Shown here in pieces: positions 49,577 to 61,415 of a DNA stretch of 64,000 bases. The position numbers were made by a program, and so were the translations under genes. Under the pieces are notes generated by a model, which saw nothing but the letters and a program-made list of their open reading frames with translations, made no database searches and had not been told where the DNA came from. The first letter of the stretch is position 1. Each line of letters starts with the position of its first letter. Source of the stretch: Callorhinchus milii (Eukaryota); contig NW_024704742.1 in assembly GCF_018977255.1 (NCBI RefSeq), positions 130,760,001-130,824,000 of the forward strand, in the 5' to 3' direction.

Positions 49577-50478
49577 ATTGCTATGTCAAATGCATGGATT
49601 ATTATTATTATTAAAAAGAACGGGAAAGTTTTAACCCAAAATCTTCGGTTTTCAAAGTTCAAAGCTGGTGCTGCAAGAAACCCATCACCACTCGTATTTA
49701 CAGATTTGTAATGGAGAATGAAGAACACCTGTAAGTCTCTCGCTCGCTGGAAACGATAGAGGTGACGCGGCAAGTTGCCAGGACCAGGGTATCAAATGCA
49801 CATGTGTGGCAGCTCCTGGGGTTTTCAAAGCGAGTGCAGACTACTGACAGATCTCCTGTAAAGCAACAAAAGGGGAAACACAGAGCTCTACAATGAATCT
49901 CTAGATTATTTAACATAATTGTTTTTAATATAAGTAAAGTCGTTAATGCACAGCGTGTGGGGTTCAGGCTCTATGTGGGGGGGAGTAACATTTCATTTTG
50001 TTTGGTTCTTTAGTGTATTTTAACCAGATGCTAAAAATCCCTCTAAGTCTGAAAACTAGAGCATCGAGTTTGTCCTCAGAGCTGAAATTCACGGATTCAG
50101 CCCGTGAAGGCTGTGGTGCTTTGTTTTAAAATTCAAGATCACGCACAGAATTGTGGAATTTTTTTTTTCGGATCGGTCTCGAATCTGAAAGCCGGCTTCT
50201 GTTTAAGGACCGCAGAAGAAACTGCTTTTGAATTCAGACTGTAATTAAGAGTTTTCCATAATTGCGCACCACCTCAGCTTTCAAGACAAATAACAATTCC
50301 AGGCTAAGTCTGGGTGAAAAGTGCTGGGTTTCTCTCCCACAAGTACATTTGATACTTCAGCCCTGGCAATTTGCTTGCCTGCTTATGTCATTTCCAGAGG
50401 ACGTGAGCTGTATAGGTGTTTTCTTTATTCTTTTCTCTTTTCTGGAGAAGTCCTGCAGGGTAGTATTTACGTAGTATT

Positions 50479-51163
50479 GTGGAGTCCTGTGTCTCAGTGG
50501 TTAGAGTACTCGCTTTGCAAGTGAGAGACCTGAGTTCAATTCCAGGCAGAGGGCGAAACCTTGGGCAAGTTTCCTTACTCCACACAGAGCCTAATAATAA
50601 TCCCTCCAAAAAAACAAAACAATAATAAATTGGTCATTTTCAATCCATATGACTGTTTGTGGGACATTGCTGTGCGCAATTGGCTGCCGCGTTCACCCAA
50701 CAAATATACAGTCAATTCACTTTACAGTGTGTTCTGTGAAGCGCTTTGGGACGTCCTCCCGACGTGAAAAGCACTATATCAAATGCAAGGATTATTATTA
50801 TTATTATTATTTAGAGCACTCGCCTCGCAAGCGAGAGTACCGGAGTTTGATTCTCGGGCAGGGTGAAACCTTCGGCAAGTTTCCTTACTCCACACTCCTC
50901 TATTTACCTAGGAGTAAGTAGGTACCCAGCTATTAGTCAATTGGCCGATTGCTTTCCAGGGATAATAATCCCTTCCAAAAAAAGATTATTATTATTTGGT
51001 CACTCAATCTACGACTGTTTGTGGGACATTGCTGTGTGCAAATGGCTGCTGCGTTTTGCCCACAAAATATACAGTCAATTCAGTTTACAGTATATTCTGT
51101 GAAGCACTTTGAGATGTCTCAACGCTGTGATAAGGCGCTGTATCAAATGCAAGGATTATTATT
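50479..51163 (+). mobile_element. Two head-to-tail tRNA(Ala)-derived SINEs (short form 50479-50811, long form 50812-51163)
   Basis: The second head begins directly after the (ATT)n tail of the first. Confidence 0.88.
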
Positions 51164-52371
51164 GACCAGTGCCATGGAATCTTTGACGTCCAAATAAACA
51201 GGCAGACAAGACCTCGGTTTAACATCTCATTCGAGGGGTTGCACTTTATACGATGTAACACTCTCCCAGTACTGCAATGAAGTGTCAGCTCAGACTGTGA
51301 GTTGTGGTGACGTGGGGCTTGAACCCACAACCTGACTCAAAGGCAAGAGAGCTATCAACTGAACCAGGCTGATACCTTTTTGGTGTCGATACTTGCTTCA
51401 TAACTCAGAATCTAATCTGGGTGGGGGAGGTTCGTAGCTGTGAGGTGTTAAAATCACCTGTAAAAGTTTGCACCAATTTAAAAAGGTAGGTTAAATGTTA
51501 CTGCTGTATAAATATTACTGAACATAGAATTTCCTGGTAATGAACTGCAGATTGTTTCCTAATAAACTTGAGATATCGACGTTACAAACCATTAATCCTC
51601 CTGTGTGAATGCCATCACGCATCAAGGACATAAAACACGCCAGCAGGTGTGGCCAGTGGCGCAGAAACGAACCAAAGGCAGGCGAAAATCCTCATTTAAA
51701 CATGGTCAATTAAGCAGCAGGGAGTGAGCTGGAGGTGTAAGGTGATTCATTCAGGTTCTGTATGCTATTTGAAGACTCACTCAGCGCCTTGGGATGTCCT
51801 CCCGACTTGAAAGGCGCGATACAAATGTAATCTTGTTGTTGTTGTTACTCCCATCCTTCAATTGACAAAAACTTCATTTATACAGTAGTTGTCTACAAGA
51901 AAAAGTCATGGTTTAATACTCGGCCGACATGATTACATTTATAGTGACTACACAGTCTACAATTGAACCCTTTCATTCTAACCTGGGTTACCAAGGCATA
52001 AAGTCTAGCTTTAGCAAAGTTAATCTCAAGGCACTATATGGGTCAGTGTGTTTCAGACTTTTTGAACTTGTTGTTAGCTTTATCCATCCATCCACTGTGG
52101 AATATTTCGGAGCGGTTGCTTTTCCTGGAACTCAAATATGATCATGCTCCAGGGAGAGATTGCGCTTTCCATTTTAATAATCTATCTCTGGAATTACCAT
52201 GTGTAGGTGGGATGCATGTAATTGGTTTGGATACTCTTAATGGGTTTCCGCGTGTGTCAGACTCCCGGCTGACCAAAACAAAATGAAAAAACACGCCAGC
52301 ATTGAAGAAGAAATTCTGCAAATATTACCCCTTTTCACTAAAATAAGGATATTAATATAAGATATATAAAA

Positions 52372-52679
52372 ATAAATAATCCTTGCATTTGATATAGTGC
52401 TTTTTACTTCTTCTAGATGTCTCAAAGTGCTTCAAAGAATGTACTGTAAAGTAAATTGACTGTATATTTGTGGACAAAATGCAGTAGCCAATTGCGCACA
52501 GCAGTGTCCCACAAACAGTCGTGGATTGAAGTGACCAATTTATTATTGTGTTTTTGTTTCTTGAAGCATTATTATCAGGCGTGTGAAGTAAGGAAATTTG
52601 ACCAAGGTTTCACCCGCCGGGAACCGAACCCGGGTCTCTCGCTTGCGAGGTGAGTGCTCTAACCACCGAGCAACAGGAC
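52372..52679 (-). mobile_element. tRNA(Ala)-derived SINE, short form
   Basis: Reverse-oriented family copy. Confidence 0.85.
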
Positions 52680-55035
52680 AAAATGTTTAATAAAAAGGCA
52701 AATGGTGTGGTTAAAAGAAATGCTTTCACAGAGTAAGTTGGATATGGGAGCTGTAGTTGATTGGGAGTTGATTTAAAGAGCCAGCACAGAATGGCTTTCT
52801 TCTGTGCTGTAAATTTCTATGGTTCTAATGAGGACATTTGGGGATCAAAATGCTTCAGTTACCCTTAGAGGATTGTTTCAGTTCTGACCCATGTACTGGG
52901 TTGCTTCAAGTGATATTACATGGGTTACCATGCATAAATTTATCCGGTTAACATAACTGTCTCTTGGATGAATACCAGCTGAATAGAGGATAATCTCGAT
53001 TGGTGCATTTCTTCATTTAATGATGCCGACTTTAAATTTTTATATTAACAAATATCAGTTTAGACTGAGTGAGCTACACTTCCTTAGTTAGTTCACCTAG
53101 AAGATACACAGTCACTACACTTCACAGGAAAATGCTGTGAACCACTTTGAGACATCCTTCTGACGTGAAAGGTGCAAAATGAAACATAAGGATTATTGTT
53201 AGTATTATTACAATTAACAATGGGTTTGAACCCATGGATTGCAACTCATTGCAAATTAGAAAAAACAAGTAATTGACACATTAAGGTTTGATACAGCTTT
53301 TCTTGTAATGTGTTTAATTATTGCAAAAGTTCCATCCCATCCATGAGATATTAGCATTTTGCAAATATTAGCAGGTAAATCAGGTTAAGCAAGTAACAAT
53401 AAGCAACATTTGAAGCTTTTGAAAAAAAACATAAAATGCACTATGTCATTAAATTCCTGCATTAATTAAACAAAGTAATGAATAATAAGAAATTCTATCA
53501 AGTCCTATAATGTATTGGTTAGAGCACTCGCCTCACAAGAGAGAGGATCCTGGGTGAGTCCCGGGCAGGGCGAAACCTATGGCAAGTTTCCTTACTCCAC
53601 ACACTTCTGTTTACCTAGCAGTAAGTAGGAACCCGATTGTTAGCATATTGGTGGATTGCTTTCCGGGCGTAATAATAAAAATAAAAAATTAATTTGGTCA
53701 CTCAATTCACGATTGTTTGTGGGTCACTGCTGTGCGCAATTGGCTGCGGCATTTCGCCCACAAAATATACAGCCATTTCACTTAACATTATACAATGTGA
53801 AGCGCTTTGAGACATCTCGACGATGTGATAAGGTACTATATCAAATGCAAGGATTATTGTTACTTATTACAAGTTGATCAGAACTGGACTACGGAGACCA
53901 CCCCAGAGGGTTGGCTCGTTTCTGACATTCCATTGCCAAACATGGCTCCAGCTCCAAGGAGAACCCGCTTACCTTCCCCCTACCCTCAAGGTGGATAGTG
54001 GGATAGGGGATAGACTGTTAAACAAAAACTTTTATAAAGTACTGTAACTAAATCCTCAGATAGATTAGATATGGCAGAACCTGCCTCTACCAATAAATCT
54101 ATGGAGCAGTCTTCCTTTAGTGGCATAAAAAAAGTGAAACTGGCAGCAGTTTTTCATCATTGGATGCACAGTTGTGAAGACTTAATATTGTACTCTCAAA
54201 GAAAATGACCTCTTTCAATGTGTGAGAAGATTAATGATCGAGCTTATTATGGCAGCCTGACCTCTCACATGCTTGACATATCGTACTCTTAGCAGGACAA
54301 GATGAACTATTTGCCAGATGTTTAGTGGATCATCAGAAGGATCAACTGTCAACTGCACATCTCTTTGCAGTTGGGGTTTGGTGAACCATTGATTTAAAAT
54401 CTTTTTTAAAAATATGAATGACTATCAATTTAGTATGTAACCTACATCAGCAAAAGCTTTTGTGTGACTAATATCAGAACATATAAACAGCCTGTTTCAC
54501 CACTTTACATTATGGTACATTCTTTAATCCCATTTCTCTAAAATGTGTTAAGGCTCTCTATCAAATGGCAATTATTATTATTATCATATTTCCCTATCTT
54601 TTCTTCATACACCTTAAAAAAAGTCTTTCACTTCATGGTTGTTTAGAGGACATTGGTGCATTGTTAAGTTGATTCAAATTGGCTGTTTTTGTTTGGTCAG
54701 CCGGGTGTCTGACACATGCGGAAACCCATCACCGTGCTTAAGAGTATCCAAACCAAACCAGAGAATTCCAAGCCATCCCACCTACATGTGGGAATTCCAG
54801 AGATAGTTTGTTGGGATGGAATGTGCACTCTCTCCCTGGAGGAACACATCTTTCTTACCTGATTCTGGAAAGTATTAGGCAAAGGTTAATTTAAATTACA
54901 ATTTTAAATGTACTACGGCATTCTGTTAAATTATTTTGTTAATTATTTATTCAATTATTATTACAAAATTATAATTTTAACTCTGTGCGAGATGTCTGAA
55001 AGGGTGGTCGAGGCCGATTCGATAACTACTTTTAG

Positions 55036-55606
55036 TTCCCGGCACCTCCCTCCACAAGCTGCAGGTCATTCAGAACTCTGCAGCTCGTGTACTGTCCCGC
55101 ACCAGACTTCGCGACCACATCACTCCCACCCTCGCTCGCCTCCACTGGCTCCCCATCCCCCAGAGGATCGAATTCAAGATCCTCATCCTCACCTACAAGG
55201 CTATTCACGGCCTTGCTCCCTCCTACCTCTCTGACCTACTATCCCCCTACTTACCTGCCCATACCCTCCGTTCCTCTGGCTCCGGTCTGCTCCACATCCC
55301 CCGCCCCAACCGCCCTACCATCGGTGGCCGGGCCTTCAGCCTCTCAGCCCCGAGGCTCTGGAACTCCATCCCCCAGTGCCTTCGCCGCCTCCTCCCTTTC
55401 CTCCTTCAAGGCCGGTCTCAAGACCTTTCTCTTTGACCGTGCCTTCAGCTCCCCTCTCGACTCTCTACCCCCTCCTCGCTTCCTCCCTTCCCTCCCCTCA
55501 CCCTGACCATTTCCCCCCTGCTCGGGTCCCGACCCAACTGTCCAGCGCCTTGGGACGTCCTCCTGACGTGAAAGTTGCTCTATAAATGCAATCTTGTTGT
55601 TGTTGT
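55036..55606 (+). mobile_element. L2-clade LINE 3' fragment, nested in a CR1 3' fragment (about 54985-55770)
   Basis: Encodes HITPTLARLHWLPIPQRIEFKIL..GGRAFSLSAPRLWNSIP, with (TTG)n tail; CR1-like sequence on both sides. Confidence 0.85.
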
Positions 55607-56224
55607 TTAAAAACGTGGTGGATGGGTATTTGAGGAGCATGGGTTTGCAAGGATTATGGGGAAAGGGCTGGGGAAGTGGGATTGACATTAATTGCTCTAT
55701 TCAAAGAGCCGGCACAAACTCGATGGGCTGAATGATCTCTTTTTGTGCTGTACAATTCTATGATTCTATGATTAGTGGTTAGTACTTCATCTCCTGGATA
55801 CACTGTTTTGGTACGGCTGCCAACCTGTAATATTTTGCTTTGAAGAGGGTGTGGCAGAAAACCTATCACTTACATGAGACGTTACAGAAAAAGGGCGTAG
55901 ATAATTAGGATGTCAGTGAGAAATATTGTAAAGGGGGAAAGGGTGGATTGTTTTCTGAGTGACAGCAATTTTCCCTTAAGCAACAGAGAAAATATCTTCT
56001 TAAGATCCTAGGAGGTGATGTCAACCTTCATTTCAATAAAGCAAAAACACAGGGTTAGTGAAGTCCATGTTTTGTGAAACCTACGGAATAGTTAATAACG
56101 TTTTGCATTTGAGGCTTTTGAATAAACTTACAATGCATTAATTAAACAAGAAAATGTATATGTACATAGCGTCTTTTACTTGTGGATAACATTTCACAGC
56201 CTAAAAGGTTCAAGGAATTTAGAT

Positions 56225-56680
56225 GTCAACCTGATTCACTCAGTAGCACTCTTGCTTCTTGAGTCAGAAGATTATGGGTCCAGATACTAAGTCAGCAATT
56301 TACACAGATTATGCTGAAACTCCAATCCATTGCTGGGTGGAGGGAGGGATGGGGAGGTGGGGGTGTGTGGTGTGGCATTGTCAGAGGTACCATCCTTTGG
56401 ATGAGATGTTAATCTGAGGTCCTGTCCCTCTGTTTAGGTGGACTTTAAAGATCCCTTGACATTATTCGAAAAGAGAAGGGAGTTTCTCCCGGTGTCCTGG
56501 ACAACAGTTCCCCAGAAAAATTGGGACATTCACGTCATGGCTGTTCGTGGGACATTGCTTTGTGCAAGAGGGCTGCCACATTCACCTACAAAATAAACAA
56601 TAGATCCTGTGAAGTGCTTTGAGATGTCTTCCTGATGTGAAAGGTGCTAGAGTATATCAATTGCAACTATTATTATTATA
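56225..56680 (+). mobile_element. DeuSINE-like SINE, near full length
   Basis: tRNA-like head, Deu-like core GATGAGATGTTAA..GGTGGAC.TTAAAGATCCC..ATTCGAAAAGAGAAGGGAGTTTCTCCCGGTGTCCTGG, (ATT)n tail. Confidence 0.7.
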
Positions 56681-56823
56681 ATTGTAGTAGATTTCTGCAG
56701 AGCTGTGATTAGAGGATAGCATAACATTACAGTGGAAGATAATTCTAACAATACTGTATTATCTAATCTATAATTAGATAGATTGAACAGGACTGTGTAG
56801 ATTGTACAGGATCGTACAGGACT

Positions 56824-57139
56824 GTGGAGTCCTGTAGCTCAGTGGTTAGAGCACTCGCCTTGCAAATGAGAAACCTGGGTTCAATTCCAGTCAGGGTGAA
56901 ACCTTGGGCAAGTTTCCTTACTCCACACGCCTAATAATAATCCCTCCAAAATAAAACAATAATAAATTGGTCATTTTCAATCCACGACTGTTTGTGGACA
57001 CTGCTGTGCGCAATTGGCTGCCGCGTTTCGCCCACAAATATACAGTCAATTCACTTTACAGTATATTCTGTGAAGTGCATTGAGACGTCTGGAAGACATG
57101 AAAAGCGCTATAATCAAATGCAAGGATTATTATTATTAT
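56824..57139 (+). mobile_element. tRNA(Ala)-derived SINE, short form
   Basis: Near-consensus full-length copy. Confidence 0.9.
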
Positions 57140-60100
57140 AATCTGCTGGTGACAACAATTTATCTGGCCAGGTAGCAAATGAAAATAATATCATTTGAAA
57201 GGATTCTTTATCAAGGAACAGCAGAAGTATTTTAATATGGAATAATGTAACTTGACAATGTCAAATGTGTGACTAAGAATGGGATTGTAGGTACATATCC
57301 TCAAATGCTCTCCAGAACATGATGATTCCTATACAACTGGTGCCAGGTAAATGTATCTGCTCAGTGCTGTAAGGTGTACATTGTAATTCTAGAAGAATAT
57401 TTTGGAATTTCACATGATTACAACACGGGGTGAAGAGGAAATTTCATAGAGCCTTATTTTGGAAGCATTGTCTACGGCTATTCACCTTCCTCAGTGAGAG
57501 AGTCTAGGATAACACCAATGATATATGATCTGATCAAAGGAATCAGCTTGAGGAAACAAATAACGTTTGTTTGTTTCTCAATTGTATGTAACAGAAGCCT
57601 TTCAATTCACTGTCTACGATTTGTTAGTGAAAGAAGTAAACAATGAACTATATACATCTTCTACACCAGTTTATCATAAAATTATGATTAGGACCACAGT
57701 CTTCCTTCATAATGAGTGACTGTTCCCACTTGTTGGTGAGTCAAAAATGATAGCGTATAAATATAAGATAGTTAGTGGTGGATCTGAAAGGAAGTTTAAG
57801 AGGGACTTCATGCAGAGGGTGGTGAGAATGTGAAACTCAATGCTGGAAACTGCAGTCAAAGCAAAAAGCATTATTTAGTTAAGTCTGTTAGGATAACCAG
57901 AGATAAAAAAGAATAGAGGGGAATAGGAGGGGTGAAGGCTTGTGTGGAATATAATCACCATTACATACTTGTTTTGGTGCCATATCACTTTATGTAACTG
58001 TATATACAGTATTTACACAAATAATTTTCCACATCCTCTCCTCTGAGCTTACTAAACAAGAAGGTAATATTTTAGGGGAGGAGGGAGAAGACAATGACCA
58101 CTGTGGTAAGTTTGGTTATTCATTCATGGATGTTTGTGGGACATTACTGAGTGCAAATTGACTGCCACGTTTGGCCATAAAAACAGTACTCTTCGTTTAC
58201 AGTATATTCTGTGAAGCACTTTGAGATGTCTTCCTGATATGAAAGACACAATACCAAATGTAAGGATGATGATTATTATTATGTGGAGTCCAGTAGCATC
58301 GGGATTAGGGGGTTCACTTCGCAAGCGAGAGGACGCGGGTTCGATTCCTGGGCAGGGTGAAATCTTAGGCAAGTTTTCTTACTTTGGACACATCTGTTTA
58401 CCTAGCAGTAAGTAGGAACCTGGTTGTTAGTCAATTGGCGCACTGCTTTCTGGGGATAATAATCCCTTCAAAAACAGTTGGGACACTCAATTCACGACTG
58501 TTTCCCACATTCTCACCGGCCTCTGCGTGAAGAAGTTTGTTAGTATCAAATGCCACTTTTTCCACCTCATAGACATCTATAAAATGCATCGCTCTCAATC
58601 CATATCTCATCTTCACTACAATCCCATAAAGCCATTACGAACAGGGCAATCGTCCAAAACTTGTCCTAATGACTGTTACCTTTGGTGTTTCAATAGCTTC
58701 ACGAGAGCGTGTCCCTTGTTCTCCTGTGTTGTTAAACAAGGTGTTTGATTACCTACAGAACCTGAACAATGAGATCTGTTCCCTTTCAAAACACCTTGTA
58801 TTTTGCAAATATTGGCAGGACTTTGAAGGGCCAGATTTTTCTTGTACGAAACCCAGCATGACAATGCTTTAACCGTTACATCAAGGGAATTGCTAACAGA
58901 AGGTGATGGTACAGCTCACATTATATTTTGGCAAGGTTGCTTTCTGTTGCCAAGGGTTTGAATCCTGTGCTAGTTTCATAACATTTTTACCACGAAACCT
59001 TAACTTTCAGGGTGTTCTTGCCCTGAGAGTTAAGGTCTTGTGGTAACAATGTTGTGAGTAATTGCCCGTCGAGACAAGTTGCTGGTATGAGTTGCTGGCT
59101 GGCGAGAATGTTTATTCTACAGCAGATGTGATGCCAGGTGCATGAATGTTTTCACCCACAAAATACTGAGTCAATCCCTTTACAGTATATTCTGTGAAGC
59201 GCTTCAGAACATCCCAATAAATTTTTGTTCAATGTTGTTTTCTTTAATGTGTATTACTCCGCAAAGTGATGTGCCAATCGTCTAACAACCAGGTTCCTAT
59301 TTACTGATAGGTAAACAGATGCGCGTGGAGTAAGGAAACTCGCCTAATGTTTTGCCCTGCCCGGGAATCGAATCTGGGTCCTCTTGCTTGCGAGGTGGGT
59401 GCTCTAAACACTACGCTACAGGTGATAGTACACTCTGCACAGTCCCCTGCAGTCTGCCGTGGGGTGCAAGTCTGGGAACATTTATCTGCCTGCCCTCGCT
59501 GGAGCAAATGGCACAGGTCCGGACAGCCTGAGAAATGAACGTCACGGATATAACTTACCTTGAAAGATCACATAAATTGTTTTGAAGTATTTTCCAACTT
59601 TTCACAATTGTTTCCATATGCCCACAATCTACAGGTGGGGGTGATAAAACATAGGACCCAGACGCAGGCCATTTGGTTAATGAAAGCTGCTGCACCTTGT
59701 CTCCTGTGAGCTTTTTAATCGACTTTTCCAAAACGTACAAGAATGTAAAAAGTCTGTTTTATTTTTACAGCTAAGAAATACGTTGTGGGGTGGGAAGGGG
59801 AGGGAGGTGGATCAGATTTACACCCACGCTCTGTCTATTAGTTTCTGTGTTAATTATCACAGTGTTTCTGATTTCAATATATGTATTAATTCGCACAGTG
59901 GGTGCGAATTAATACATCACAATTTTTCACCGTAGAGTATTACATTGGTAGTCTTTCAATTTTGGAACTAGAAATAGTTTATTTCCTAGTGTGTACATTC
60001 CTATATGGCAAAGATAGATTATCTTCCCATTTCAGAGTTGTCCTGCTAAAAGCCAGGAAGGATGGTATGTGAATCCACAGCTTTCTGTCAAGCTGACACC

Positions 60101-60855
60101 AATCCCACTCCATTGACTTGACTTTGTTAAGACTTTGATCTTGCTCAGACCTTCCTCTTTGACTCCGCCTATGGTCATCTCCCTTTCTCCATAGGCGACA
60201 GAAGCTTTTTACGATGGGGAAGGGGTGGGGCAAACCAGGGGAGAGTGATGATGGACAGGGGGAGACGACCAATAGGGAAACGCAAGGCTTCCGCTTATAG
60301 CGGAATTGTAGGGCAAACTGGGCCACGATTGCCTCTCGTGATTGACAACTTTGGGATTAAGAAAAACAAGTGACACCCTGTGATGAATTGTATGCAGAGT
60401 CCGTGTTATAGCTTATTTAACAGGCTCAGGATTGTCATGTAAAATAGGGCCACTGATTCGTGGTGGGGCGGGTGAGCCACACCCATAATTTTGCCCTGCC
60501 CTGCCTCCTGATTCCGCCACCACGGTCTTTCTCCCTGGCTTGGCATCAAGTGATGCTAATGTTAATAATAATCCTTGCATTTGATACATTATCACATCGC
60601 TGAGACATCTCAAAAAGCTTCACAGGATATATTCTTAAATCCTCAGAGACGTACCTCGTGTGAAGGGTGCTATGGAAATGCAAGTTGTTAATTCTGGAGT
60701 GGGGTAATTTTTTCCCTTTGAGCGAGTAGTCCATTCCAGGAATGCATTCCATTTACGTATTCCAGTACATTATATGTAATGGATAATTTAGACAGGTCAC
60801 CATTTGTGGGTATAATACCCATGAGACTACCACCAACAACTTGCATTTATATATG

Positions 60856-61415
60856 TGGTGTCCTGAAGCTCAGTGGTTAGAGCACTCACCTTGTAAGCAA
60901 GAGATCTGGGTTTGATTCCTGGTAGGGCGAAAACTTGCGCAAGTTTCCTTAGGCTTATAAGCAGTTTGCCCTACAATTGGCTATAAGCGGCTATAATCCC
61001 TTAAAAAAAAACACAATAATAAATTGGTCACTTCAATCCACGACTGTTTGTGGGACATTGCTGTGCACAATTGGCTGCCACTTTTCACTCACAAAATATA
61101 CAGTCAATTCACTTTACAGTATATTCTGTGAAGCGCTTTGAGACGTCTCAAAAACATGATGAGGCGCTGTATCAAATGTAAGGATTATTATTATTATCCA
61201 AGTCGTGCAAATAGTGACTCCTGGAAGGATATCAATTCAGCTCTGGGCAAATCTGTTCCAGCTTGATCTTCTTTCAGAGCTTTGTTGCCGAGGGGCGACA
61301 GGATTTCTTATTTAGGAATCTCTTTAGAAACCCATGTAGTCTATTCTGTGAAGTGCTTTGAGACAACTAGAAGACGTGAAAAACACTATATCAAATGCAA
61401 GTATTATTATTATAT
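60856..61415 (+). mobile_element. Chimeric SINE carrying a captured ~140-bp piece of aqp3 copy B intron 1
   Basis: 61024-61339 matches 29287-29617, including non-repeat flank; a second SINE tail follows. Confidence 0.8.

Noticed and set aside
56824..56900. tRNA-Ala gene calls (here and at many similar heads)
   Set aside because: Each continues into SINE body and tail; these are SINE heads, not tRNA genes
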